Made by a program: the position numbers and the translations under genes. A DNA stretch of 63,470 nucleotides, filler included, from Reclinomonas americana ATCC 50394 (Eukaryota), in the NCBI GenBank assembly GCA_048213135.1. It is 12 parts of 11 records of this genome, joined end to end, with 100 filler letters (N's around TTAATTAATTAA, not from the genome) between each part and the next. Parts side by side here need not be neighbours in the genome. Positions count along the whole stretch, not along the records: positions 27,275 to 31,240 come from PS015964.1; positions 31,341 to 33,077 come from AFZH01016287.1; positions 33,178 to 38,308 come from PS015965.1; positions 38,409 to 55,463 come from PS015966.1; 8 more parts are not named here. One strand, written 5' to 3'. Shown piece after piece: positions 27,339 to 38,520 of the stretch; within the stretch, counting starts at the first letter, position 1, and each line of letters starts with the position of its first letter. The notes below the pieces were generated by a model. The model was not told where the DNA came from. It made no database searches and saw only the letters and a program-made list of their open reading frames with translations.

Positions 27339-28937
27339 GTACGGGATCCCCTCTAACTGTCGCCACACTGCATTCATTCGTTCTGAGCCTGAGATGAAAA
27401 GATGGTCTCATGCTGTATCTGTTCTAAGTGCGCATTTTGCCTGTTGGCACTGACATGCCTCTCTCGTTCCCTTCCTCCCCCTCCCCCTTTCCCTTCCCTC
27501 CCCCTCCCCCTTCCCCCATATCCACAGAGTCGCCTCGAATACGAACTGCGCTTCCAGGAGTACGTCGAGTTGATCCGCCGCGGACAGGTGATGGAGGCAC
27601 TCACCTACTTCCAGAAGCACCTGGCAGCCGGCGCGGTTCCGGTGGGCGGCGAGGGCGGTGAGGGCGACGACACCGCCATGCTGGTCGACTCGACGGGGGA
27701 GGAGTCGGCGGAGGTGGTGCGAGCCAGGGACATCAAGACGGCGATGGGATGCTTGGTGTTCTCGCCAGTGACATCGTGCCCCAAGTACAGGGTGTGTGTT
27801 GAGGAGAAGAGGGCGGGCGGGGGGAAGGGAGACAAATGATTCCATGCTCATTGTCCACTCTTCTTCTTCTCTTATCGCTTGTTTGTCGTTCCTCACCTCG
27901 CTTTTCTTCGTTCTCCTTGCTGTCAGGGCCTGCCGGATTCTCATCTCTTCAACTTTCTCCTTCCTGTTATCACATTCTTTTTCGTCGCCGCTCTTGTCAG
28001 TCCCTGCAGCGGTTGCTCTCCTACGCTCATTTTCCTTACTCGCCACCCTCTTCTTTATTTTAACGTCCTCCATGTTGCATCACTCTCTTGCATCCAGTCC
28101 AGTCGGCTTTCGTGATTCGTTGCTCTCTCGTTTCTATGCCTTCTCATTACTTCTCTCTTCTCCCTTCCCTCGACATCACCGCCACCTTTCCCCTCACCCT
28201 TCCCGCCAAATTCTCCTGCTAACTTCCTTCTTGCCTTGCTGTCTCATCCTTTCCTCCTGTCTCGCTTCGCGACTGCTCTGTGGTGTCGCACTCCCATTGC
28301 ATTTCCTTCTCTCTCCACCCTCGTGCTGTTTGCAGCCTCTCTTCCACTCTCTTCTCTTTGCTCCTTTCCCCACCCCCTCCCCTCCTTCCCCTTTCCCCTC
28401 ACCCTTCCCCTTTGGCCTCCTCAGGAAATCTTCGACGCCGACCTCCGCTGGGCGCGCCTGGTCTCCGTGTTCCAACGCGAAGTCTGCAGCATGTACGGCC
28501 TCAGCGACACCTCGCTGCTGGAGCTGACTCTGCAAGCGGGTCTGTCGGCACTCAAGACACCGTTGCGTGCCGCCACCAACCACCCTCCCCCCTTTTTCTT
28601 TCTGGCGCACTCATCTCCTCGCTCTCTCTCTCTCTTCAGTTTCTGTGTGCACGAGGACTCGCGCGAGGCCAACTGCCCCATGTGCAATCGCACTCTCGGC
28701 GCCCTCGGCGCCCCGCTTCCGTTTGGCCGGCACACGCACTCGGTGCTCATTTGCCACCTGAGTGGGCGGGCCATGGACGAGAACAACCCGCCCATGTGTT
28801 TGCCAAACGGGCACGTGTACTCGCATCAGGCGCTGCTGGAGATGGCGCAGTCGAACGCCGACGGGTGCATCACGTGCCCGCGCACGAATCAGCGGTATCG
28901 GCTGGCGGATTTGCGCAAGGTGTACATTACGTCGTAG
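26682..28937 (+). CDS. MAEA: CTLH/GID E3 ligase subunit MAEA/Gid9/Fyv10 (middle exons lost in gap)
   Basis: MELEGQSFRAPFESLQILFR N-terminus; SRLEYELRFQEYVELIR (CTLH); LQAGLSALKTP; C-terminal degenerate RING (CPMC...SVLICHLSGRAMDENNPPMCLPNGHVYS...CPRT...RKVYI). Confidence 0.9.
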
Positions 28938-29274
28938 ACATATACAGGGAAAGATGAGAGATATGAGTGTACAGAGTGCCTGTGGTAATTGTACAGAGTG
29001 CCAGCGGTGAGAAGGTGGGATGCGCCTTGTGCTCAGTGGATGTTGACCGCACCACTCACAACGGAAATGTTACGTCGATACCGCAGACGAGACGTGGAAG
29101 GGGATGTGGTTCAGAGATCGCCTGATGGGGGAGAGTGGCAATGGAGATCTGCCCAAGTGAGAAGTGAGGAAAGGGTGAGAGCGCCAACAATCGCTATCAT
29201 GATCCGTTTCAGTGGTACTCGGGTCCATGCGTCAGCAGGATCCAGAGAAGGCAGATGCAGTTGTCTGCACACAT

Positions 29275-30165
29275 TTCGATATCGACGTCGATCGAGGTCT
29301 TCTGCTGTTGCTTGTCTCACTCACGCACGGCTGAATGCTGCTGCTGCCTGTTACTGCGCTTGCTGCTTTGCTCCTGCTGTGTGCACTGTAGTTGCAAACG
29401 TACGACGCGCAAAGAGCGACTTGTCCCGCGTTCATTGTCATCAGTCACTCCAGCAGGCGCCACTATGCTTCCCTCTCTACTGCGGCGGTCCCCACTGCTG
29501 CAACAGCAGCAACAGTCGATCTGCTATGGTGCACTGCTGTTTCGGCGATGGCTGTGAGAGTACGTACATGATATCGATTTCTATTGAGGTCTTCTCCTGT
29601 TGGTTGTCTCACTCACGCACAACTGGATAACTATGCCATTGTTGTTGTTCTTGTGATGCTGCTGCTGCTACTGCTGCTGTACACTGTAGTTGTAGACTTC
29701 CGACGCCCACAGGACGATTTGCCGTCCATTGTCATCAGTCACTCCAGGCGCAAGCAGGTCCCCCACTTTTCTTCCCTCTCTGCTGCGGCGGTCCCCACTG
29801 CAGCAACAGCAACAGTCGATCTGCGTTGGAGCACTGCCGTTTCGGCGATGGAGAGGAACTGATATCGATTTCGAATTTCTATTGAGGTCTTCTCCTGTTG
29901 GTTGTCTCACTCACGCACAGCTGGATAACTATGCTATTGTTGTTGCTCTTGCTGCGGCTCCTGGCTGCTGCTGCTGCTGCTACACTGTAGTTGTAGACTT
30001 CCGACGCCTGCAGGACGATTTGCCGTCTTGTCATCAGTCACTCGAGGCGCAAACTGTGTTTGCCCACCATGCTTCCCTCTCTGCTGCGGCGGTCCCCACT
30101 GCTGCAGCAACAGCAACAGCAGCAGTCGATCTGCTATGGTGCACTGCTGTTTCGGCGATGGAGAG
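29275..30165 (+). repeat. Three tandem ~290-bp copies of the Xsc upstream region plus presequence start
   Basis: Unit gaggtcttctcctgttggttgtctcactcacgcac...ctgcggcggtccccactgc...tttcggcgatgg occurs three times with substitutions. Confidence 0.88.
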
Positions 30166-30428
30166 GCTCTGAGAGTGCCGCAAGCAACAGCAACAATGGT
30201 GGTGCCTCTGATGATCCGTTTCAGCGAAGACGATGCACGCCGAGTGAGGCGTTTGTGGAGACGCTGAGGTCGAGGGGGTGAGTGGTGAAGGGGAGGGAAA
30301 GGGGAGGAAAAGGGGAGGAAAAGGGGAGGGAAAGTGGGGGAAAGGGTGAGTGTGTGGGAGAAAGAGAGTGTGTGGGTGAGAGTGAGGAAGGGTGATGAGA
30401 AGTGTTCTCAGAGCGTTCTCTCTCTCTC

Positions 30429-30461
<33 letters not shown>

Positions 30462-30688
30462 CTGACGACGAGGAAGAGTGAGAGAGACTTTGAGTGCTTG
30501 TCTCTGTGTGTTTTGTGTGTGTTTTGAAGTTATTGTGTGCACTCACTGTGCGCTGATTGTTGAGACTCGTGTGTGTGTGTGTGTGCGTGTGTTCGCGGGA
30601 ATGACTGGAGATAAAGGTTTTCGACTCTCTCTCTCTGTCTGTCTTTATGAGTGCGTGCCTCCCTGTGTCTCTCTGTCTCGCTCACTCG

Positions 30689-30724
<36 letters not shown>

Positions 30725-33700
30725 TGCTCACTCTGCGTCTCTCACATTGATTCTCGTATTGTTTCCCAATCTGATGACACTCACACCCTCGCGCGCTGTC
30801 TCTCCCACCCACCCTGCTCTCTCCCTGTCTGTGTCTCACACTCTGACTGTCTCCACCTATCGTTCCCCACAGTCGCTTGTCACTGTCTCGCGCTGATGCA
30901 GTATCACTTATTTTTCCTCTGCTTTCTCTTTTCTTCCTCAGTGTGCGACACGTGTTTGGTCTCCCGGGATCGGCGTTCATGGACCCGTTGGATCTGTTCC
31001 CCGCAGCCGGCATCCGATTTGTCAGCGTGCAGCATGAGCAGGTGAATGACAGTCGCGTTTGTCATCGTCTTCTCCTCATTGTCTTCTTCTTCACCACCTC
31101 TTCCCCTTTGTGCTTGTTTTCTTGTCCTTGTTCTTTGTCTTGTTGCTCCTCCTCCTCCTTTTCCTCCTCCTCCTCCTCCTCCTGCTCCTCCTCCTCTCTC
31201 TCTCTCTCGTCTCTCTCTCTCTCGTCTCTCGTCGTCTACTNNNNNNNNNNNNNNNNNNNNNNNNNNNNNNNNNNNNNNNNNNNNTTAATTAATTAANNNN
31301 NNNNNNNNNNNNNNNNNNNNNNNNNNNNNNNNNNNNNNNNCTCTCTCTCTACGTCTCTACTCTCTCTCTCTCTCTCTCTCGTCTCTTCGTCTCGTCTCGT
31401 CTCTCGTCTCTCTTCTTCTTCTTCTTCTTCTTCTTCTTCTTCTTCTTCTTCTTCTTCTCTTCCTCCTCGTCCTCGTCTTCTGTGTTTCTGTTGGCCTCTT
31501 GGGCATCCCTCCATCCTGCTTCCACTCTGCCGCCCTGTCACTTTCCTTTTCTTGATCTTCTTGTCCGTGCTCTTTGTCTCCTGTTCCTCCTCCTTTCTCT
31601 TCTTCCTCCCTCCCTCCCTCTCCTTGTCTCACTCGCTCCTGCAGGCAGCAGCATTGATGGCCGACGGATACGCCAAGGTTCAGCCACACTCCAATTTCTT
31701 TCCTCCTTCCGCAACTCACCTGCCATCCCCTGCAGGCAAGCGGTCTGGTCGGCGTCTGCGTGGCGCAGAACGGACCCGGCGTGTCGAACATGGTCACGGG
31801 TGTGGCGGCGGCCAACATGTCGAACTCGCCAGTGTTGGCGGTGACGCCGGAGGTGGCCACTGGGCAGATCGGGCAGGGTGGCTTGCAGGTGCGGAGGGAA
31901 GATTGATGAAGGGTTTCTCACGCGTGTGCGTTTGTCGCGGGAGTCTGTCACTTGCTCAACTGGATGCTTGTTCCTTTTGTGTCTCCTCTCACACTCAACA
32001 CCCGCGGTTGTCTTGTCTCACTCGCAAGCCATTTTTAACAATCTGTCTTGTCACACTCTTCTCATGCGAGACTGTTTAATCCCTCTTTCGGTGTCTGGCA
32101 CTTGCTCACTCCCATGCTTCTTATGTCTATACGCGAGACTCGCAGGTGTCTGTCACCTGCTCAATCGGATGCTGCTTATCATACTCTTTCTCATGCACTT
32201 CTCATGCGCGACTGTTAATCTCTCTGTTGGTGTCTTGTTACTCACTAGCATGCTTATTCTGTCGTCTCTCTTCTCATTCTTTTTCATGCAAGACTGCTTA
32301 TTCCTTGCTTCTCGTGTTGCCTCTTCTCTTTCATGTGAGAGATTCACGTTTGTGTGTTACTTGCTGAATCGGATGCTTCTTCTGTTTGTCACTCTTCACC
32401 CTTCTCATTTCGCCTTCTCACTCTTTTCTGCCTCTCCTTTCCCCTTTCCCCACCAGGAACTCGACAACATGTCCCTCTACCGCCCCATCACCAAGTCGCA
32501 AGTGCACGTCAACAACCCCGCGCGCATGGCCGAGCTGACCGGCCTCGCACTGGATCGCGCCGTGCGTCTGCGTGGTGCCTCGCAGATCAACATTCCTCGT
32601 GACTACTTTTACGGGGAGTATGAGTTCGCCGTGCCGCGACCGGTGATGCCGGAGATCCCGGCAGGTGAGTGTGGAAAGGGAGAAATGGGGAAAGGATGGG
32701 AAGGGGGAGGGTGGATGGTGATTTCTCTCAGTTCCTCCCCCACTCTCTCTCCCATTCTCTCCCCCCAATCTCTCCCCTGGCTCTCGCCCATGGCTCTCCC
32801 CTGTCTCTCCCTGTCTCTACCTGTCTCTCCCCCGTTATCTCATTCTCTCCCCCAGTCTCTCTCCCAGTCTCTCCCCCAGTCTCTCCCCCAGTCTCTCCCC
32901 CAGTCTCTCCCCCAGTCTCTCCCCCAGTCTCTCCCCCAGTCTCTCCCCCAGTCTCTCCCCAGTCTCTCCCCAGTCTCTCCCCCAGTCTCTCCCCCAGTCT
33001 CTCCCCTGTCTCTCCCCCTGTCTCTCCCCCATCCTCTCCCCCATCCTCTCCCCCATTCTCTCCCCATTCTCTCCCCANNNNNNNNNNNNNNNNNNNNNNN
33101 NNNNNNNNNNNNNNNNNNNNNTTAATTAATTAANNNNNNNNNNNNNNNNNNNNNNNNNNNNNNNNNNNNNNNNNNNNATTCTGTCCCTGTCTGCCCCCCA
33201 TTCTTCCCCAGTCTCTCCCCCTGACGCTCACCACACCGCTACACCCCAGGTGGTCCCAAATCACTGGAGGCCGCCGCCGAACTCATCGTGGCCGCCAAGA
33301 ATCCCGTGCTGCTGGTGGGCAGCGGCATTGCGCAGTCGGCGACCGCCTACGTTGCGTGCACTTCTTTGGCGAGTCATTTCCTCTCTCCCTTCCGCTCATT
33401 CGCCATGCCCGCAGCGTGAGGCGCAAGCGCTGGCCTCGTTCCTCACCATTCCGGTGATGACCACGTACCTGCACAATGATGCCTTCCCGAGTGATCATCC
33501 GATGATGTGTGGTGCGTGTGGCACCGCCATTGCCTCTCTTGTTTTCTCGATCCTCAACGCGTTCGTTGGCGTCAGGCGCTCTCGGCTACATGGGCTCGCA
33601 GGCCGCCATGAAGATTGTCGCGCAGTCGGACCTGGTGATTGCCCTCGGCAGCCGCCTCTCGCCGATTTCGACGACTCCGCAGTACGGCTTCAACTATTGG

Positions 33701-34286
33701 CCGGAGGTGAGAGTGGGGGAGGAGGCAGGGGATGGGCGTGAAGGGTGTGAGAAGTGGAATCAGGCCTGTCTGTTTCTCCGTGAAATGGAGAGTGCAATCA
33801 GGTCTCTCACATGGAGAATGCCGTCTGCTCTCTATTTCTCTTTGCGAAATCGGGGAATGGAATCGGGTCACATTGTCGCTCTCTCTCTCTCTAATCGAGG
33901 TCGCAGTCTGGAGTCTTTCTTGTTCTCTCTGAAATGGAGAATGCACAATGCATCTCACCACCCTCCTGTCTCCCGCATAACGCAGAGAGCCAAGATCATC
34001 CAGATTGAGGCCGAAGAGCGCCGTCTGGGATTGACCCGACCAGTGGACGTGCCGATCAATGGCGACGCTGGACTAGCTGCGCGTGCCATTCTGGAGTACT
34101 TGATGGTGATCCGCGTGTGTGTGTGCTTAAAGTGATGAAAGGTGCTGTTCTCATGTGGAGTCGATACAGGTGCATCGCGATCGTGTGGCCTGCCTGCGTA
34201 CGCGTGAGTCGCGCGCTGCCGACCTTGCTCGCTTCCGCAATGCAGTTGAGTTGGAAGGGAGGGAGAGAGAGGACAGTGAGACGAGA

Positions 34287-34331
<45 letters not shown>

Positions 34332-36185
34332 TCAGGCTGGCTTGCAGGCACAAAGGAAGGCATTCAGATGGAGGGAGAACTGTCTGCGTGGTTGTTTCTG
34401 TGTTCTCTCTCTCCCTGGCTGTCTGTTTGCTGACATTACGTGCAGTGGGAGAAGGAGCTGGAGCGCATGACATTTGGACCTGGCCCGGCTGGACTCATCA
34501 AGCCGCGCCACGCGTTGAAGGAGTTGCAGCGGGGTGAGTGCGACAATTAACGTCCTCAGCTTCTCGCTTTGTCTCACACTACGTGCAGCCATTCCCGACA
34601 ATGCCATTGTGTCTGTGGACTCTGGTGCCGTGTGCGCGCTCTCCGCCAGGTTTGGTTCAAAATGCAGCGCGCTTCACAGCAAGATTGGCTCACGATGTCG
34701 TATCGCGCAGCTACCTGAGCTTCAAGCAGCCGCGTAGCATGCTGAGCTCGGTCTCGTTTGCCAATGTGGGCTACGCCTTCCCGGCCGCCCTCGGCGCCAA
34801 GGTAGCTATGGGAGACGAAGAGGATGCCCTTTCTCTCTCCCTCTGTATGTGTGTGTGGCGCTCTCTCTTTTGCTCTGTTGTACACCTGTCTTTTGCTGTG
34901 CTCGTCGCTCTTTCGTTCCTCTCTTCTCTCTCTCTCTCTCTCGCTGTCTTTGCTCCGCTTCTCTGTCATTTTCTCTTCTTCTCTCTCTGTCTTCTGCTCT
35001 GCTTGTCTCCCAGTCATTTGCTCTGCTCATCGCTCTGTCGCCTTTATCCTCTCGTCCTCCTCTTCATGCCTTTCTTCTCTCTCTCTCTGTCTCTCTCTCG
35101 GTCTCTCTCTATCGGTCTTTGCTCTGCTTCTCTGTCATTTTCTCTTCTTCACTCTCTGTCTTCTGCTCTGCTTGTCTCCTATTCTTTTCCTCTGCTCGTT
35201 GCTCTGTCACCTTCATCCTCTCGTCCTCCTTTTCATGCCTCTCTTCTCTCTTTCTCTCTCTCTCTCTCTCTGTCTCTCTCTATCTGACTTTTTCCCTGTT
35301 TGTCTCTCTGTCTTCTGCTCCGTTTGTCTCCCAGTCTTTTGCTCTGCTCTTCTTTCTATCACTCTCTCCCTTCTCTCTCTTTCCCCCGTGTCTCTCCGTC
35401 TCTTCTCTGTCTTTTGCTCTGTTCGCCTCTCTGTTTTTGTTGCCACTGTCTCTTTCGTTCTCTCTCTACTCTCTCCCCCCGTCCCTCTCTCCTTCTCCTC
35501 TTCTTGCCTAATTTGCCTCTCACGCAGATGGCCTCACCCGAGCGACCAGTGATCGTCTACGTCGGCGACGGCGCGTGGGGCATGAGTCTGGCCGAGACGC
35601 TGACTGCACTGCGCGAGAAGATTCCTGTCACCGTCGTCGTGTTGCGTCAGCTGCGAGTGAGGTGCGAGTGGCGGCCTTGACACTCATTTTCTGCTGTGCA
35701 GCTTCCGCAACAATCAGTGGGGCGCCGAAAAGAAGAACCAAGTCATGTGGTTTGGTGATCGGTGCGTGGATCAGAAACGAGGGCGCAAGTTGCTTCTCCT
35801 TCACCCATTTCTCCCTCCACAGCTACGTCGGCACGCAGCTCGACTCCAACCCCTCGTTCGCCGACATTGCGCACGCCATGGGTGTGCACGGCATCCAAGT
35901 CACGGCTGCCGACCAGGTCGGCGACGCCCTCCGCGACGGCCTGCGACACCAGGCGGATGGAGAAATGACGGGTTTGTGAGCGTGCGAGCACCGCGGAAGA
36001 GAATACCCTGCTCACTTTTATTGGCTCAAACAGTGATCGAGGTGTGCCTGACCAAGGAGCTCGGCGACCCGATGCTGCGCCGCGACGCCATCAAGCTGCC
36101 GGTGCGCCTGCTCTCCAGGTACAAGGAGTACACGGTGCCGGTGGAGTCCACGACCGGACAGCCGACTGATTTGCAGCGGTCGTGA
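30069..36185 (+). CDS. xsc: Sulfoacetaldehyde acetyltransferase (ThDP-dependent, Xsc family), 17 exons, putative mitochondrial presequence
   Basis: Spliced product contains [64 protein letters not shown], the ThDP motif GDGAWGMS...[10 protein letters not shown] and ELGDP..RRDA, which are characteristic of Xsc rather than acetolactate synthase. All introns are GT-AG. Confidence 0.88.
32845..33076. repeat. ~12-bp intronic minisatellite (ccccagtctctc)n
   Basis: Directly visible tandem array inside an Xsc intron. Confidence 0.9.
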
Positions 36186-36825
36186 GAAGAGGGGAGAGAG
36201 ACGGAGAAGGAGAGAGAGAGAGAATGAGGAATGGATCTGAGTGTGTTTGATAGGCAGGGTGGGAAGGGGGAGGAGAAGGGGAAGGGGAAGGGGAAGGGGA
36301 AGGAGAAGGAGTAGGGGAAGGAGAAGGGGAAGGGGAAGGGAAGAGAGTGGAAGGGTTGAGGAGGGAAAAGGAAAGGGCAGAGAGTCGCGATGAAAGAAGT
36401 GGATCAATAAGACGGCGAGGCGTGAAGGTTATGAGAATGGACGGGGCAGAGGGCAAAGGAAAGAGGTGAGTCGGAGGAGAAGAAGGTCAAGGATGAGAAG
36501 TACAAAGCTGATGTCGACGGGAAGAGTTGCATAAAGTATAAGTGCAGAAGGTGCTGGGCGAAAAGTATGAGTCGCAACAGGAGAACAAGAGCTGTGAAGT
36601 CAGATACTTGCAGGACACTCCTGCCAATTTGTGCCAAACTCCCAGTAGCTTTCGCGCACTCGAGAATACAACACTGCGGCACTCATTCTCACAAATGACA
36701 AATGACTCACTTGCATAATCACTGTCACCCTCGCAAACCACATTGCATCGACGTCGACGTTGTGTCCCAAATCACATTCGTTCAATCATTCACGGAGAGA
36801 CAGAGCGGAATCCGCAAACAAAAAG

Positions 36826-38138
36826 ATGGGTTGCTTCTTCTCCTCCTCCACTGAGAGCTTTCTCATCAAAGGCTCCAAGTTTAAGCTGGTCAAGGTGTGT
36901 GAGAGAAGAGTGTGTTTGTGTGTGTGAGATGCAGTTGTCATTCTCTCTTTGTGTGTGATTGTCAAAGTCTTTCTCTCACACTCTCTCTCTTCTGCTCACA
37001 GGAACTTGGAAAAGGTGAGTGATGGGCGAAGAGTAGAGGTTTTCTCTCACAATCACACTCATTCAACTATTGAATCAGTCGCTCTCTCTCACTCACTCTC
37101 TCTCTCTCTCACTCACTCACTCACTCTCACTCACTCACACACACTCAGTCACTTACTCTCTCGCACACTCACTCACTCACTCAGTCGCTCACACGCTCAC
37201 TCACTCTCACACTCACTCACTCTCACACTCACTCANNNNNNNNNNNNNNNNNNNNNNNNNNNNNNNNNNNNNNNNNNNNNNNNNNNNNNNNNNNNNNNNN
37301 NNNNNNNNNNNNNNNNNNNNNNNNNNNNNNNNNNNNNNNNNNNNNNNNNNNNNNNNNNNNNNNNNNNNNNNNNNNNNNNNNNNNNNNNNNNNNNNNNNNN
37401 NNNNNNNNNNNNNNNNNNNNNNNNNNNNNNNNNNNNNNNNNNNNNNNNNNNNNNNNNNNNNNNNNNNNNNNNNNNCACTCACTCACTCACTCACTCACTC
37501 ACTCACTCACTCACTCACTCACTCACTCACTCATCTCTCACTCTCTCTCTCTCTCTCACACTCTCTCTCACTCACTCACTCACTCCATTCCCTCCCTCCC
37601 TCACTCACTTGCACTCTCTCTCACTCACTCCCTCGCTCACTCGCTCACACACTCACTCTCTGTCACTCACTTAGTCACTCTCTCTCTCTCTCACTCACTC
37701 GCTCACACACACCCTCTCCTCTTTCTTTTCTTCTCTCTCTCTCTCTCACTCACTCACTCCCTCTCTCACACCCTCTCTCTCTCTCTCACTCACTCACTCT
37801 GCTTCCTTCTCTTCCCTCCCTTCCCCCTTGCTCTATCACAGGTGGATTCGCCTTTGTGTATGCCGTGGAGGGCGAAGACGGTCGCGAGTACGCCCTCAAG
37901 AAGATGATTTGTCAGGGCACTGAGCGAGTGGAAGTTGCGTGGATGCACAGAGAGAGAAAGGGGAGAAGGGTGAGCAAACCAGTGTGTGAGAGGCGACGCT
38001 GAGGTCCCAGAAGGTTGAGAGAGAGACTTTGTGGGAAGGGCGGGCGAGAGAGAGAGAATGGGGAGAAGGGCGAGCAGTGTGTGAGAGACAGCCACTGCGG
38101 TCCCAGAAGGTCGAGAGATAGACTTAGTGGGACGAGCG

Positions 38139-38183
<45 letters not shown>

Positions 38184-38478
38184 ACGAAGGAGAGGTGGGA
38201 GGAGGAGGAGGACGACGACCGACGTGAGGCGTCGTCGTCTTTACTATTAGTTACGTTTCCTCCTTACCTACCTTCCCGTTGCAGTCGTCCTTCGTCCGTT
38301 ACTTACTCNNNNNNNNNNNNNNNNNNNNNNNNNNNNNNNNNNNNNNNNNNNNTTAATTAATTAANNNNNNNNNNNNNNNNNNNNNNNNNNNNNNNNNNNN
38401 NNNNNNNNGGACGGAACGGACGACGGTACGACGGACGACGAGAGAGACGAGTGAGATCGAGAGACGAGAGAGAGAGAG

Positions 38479-38520
<42 letters not shown>

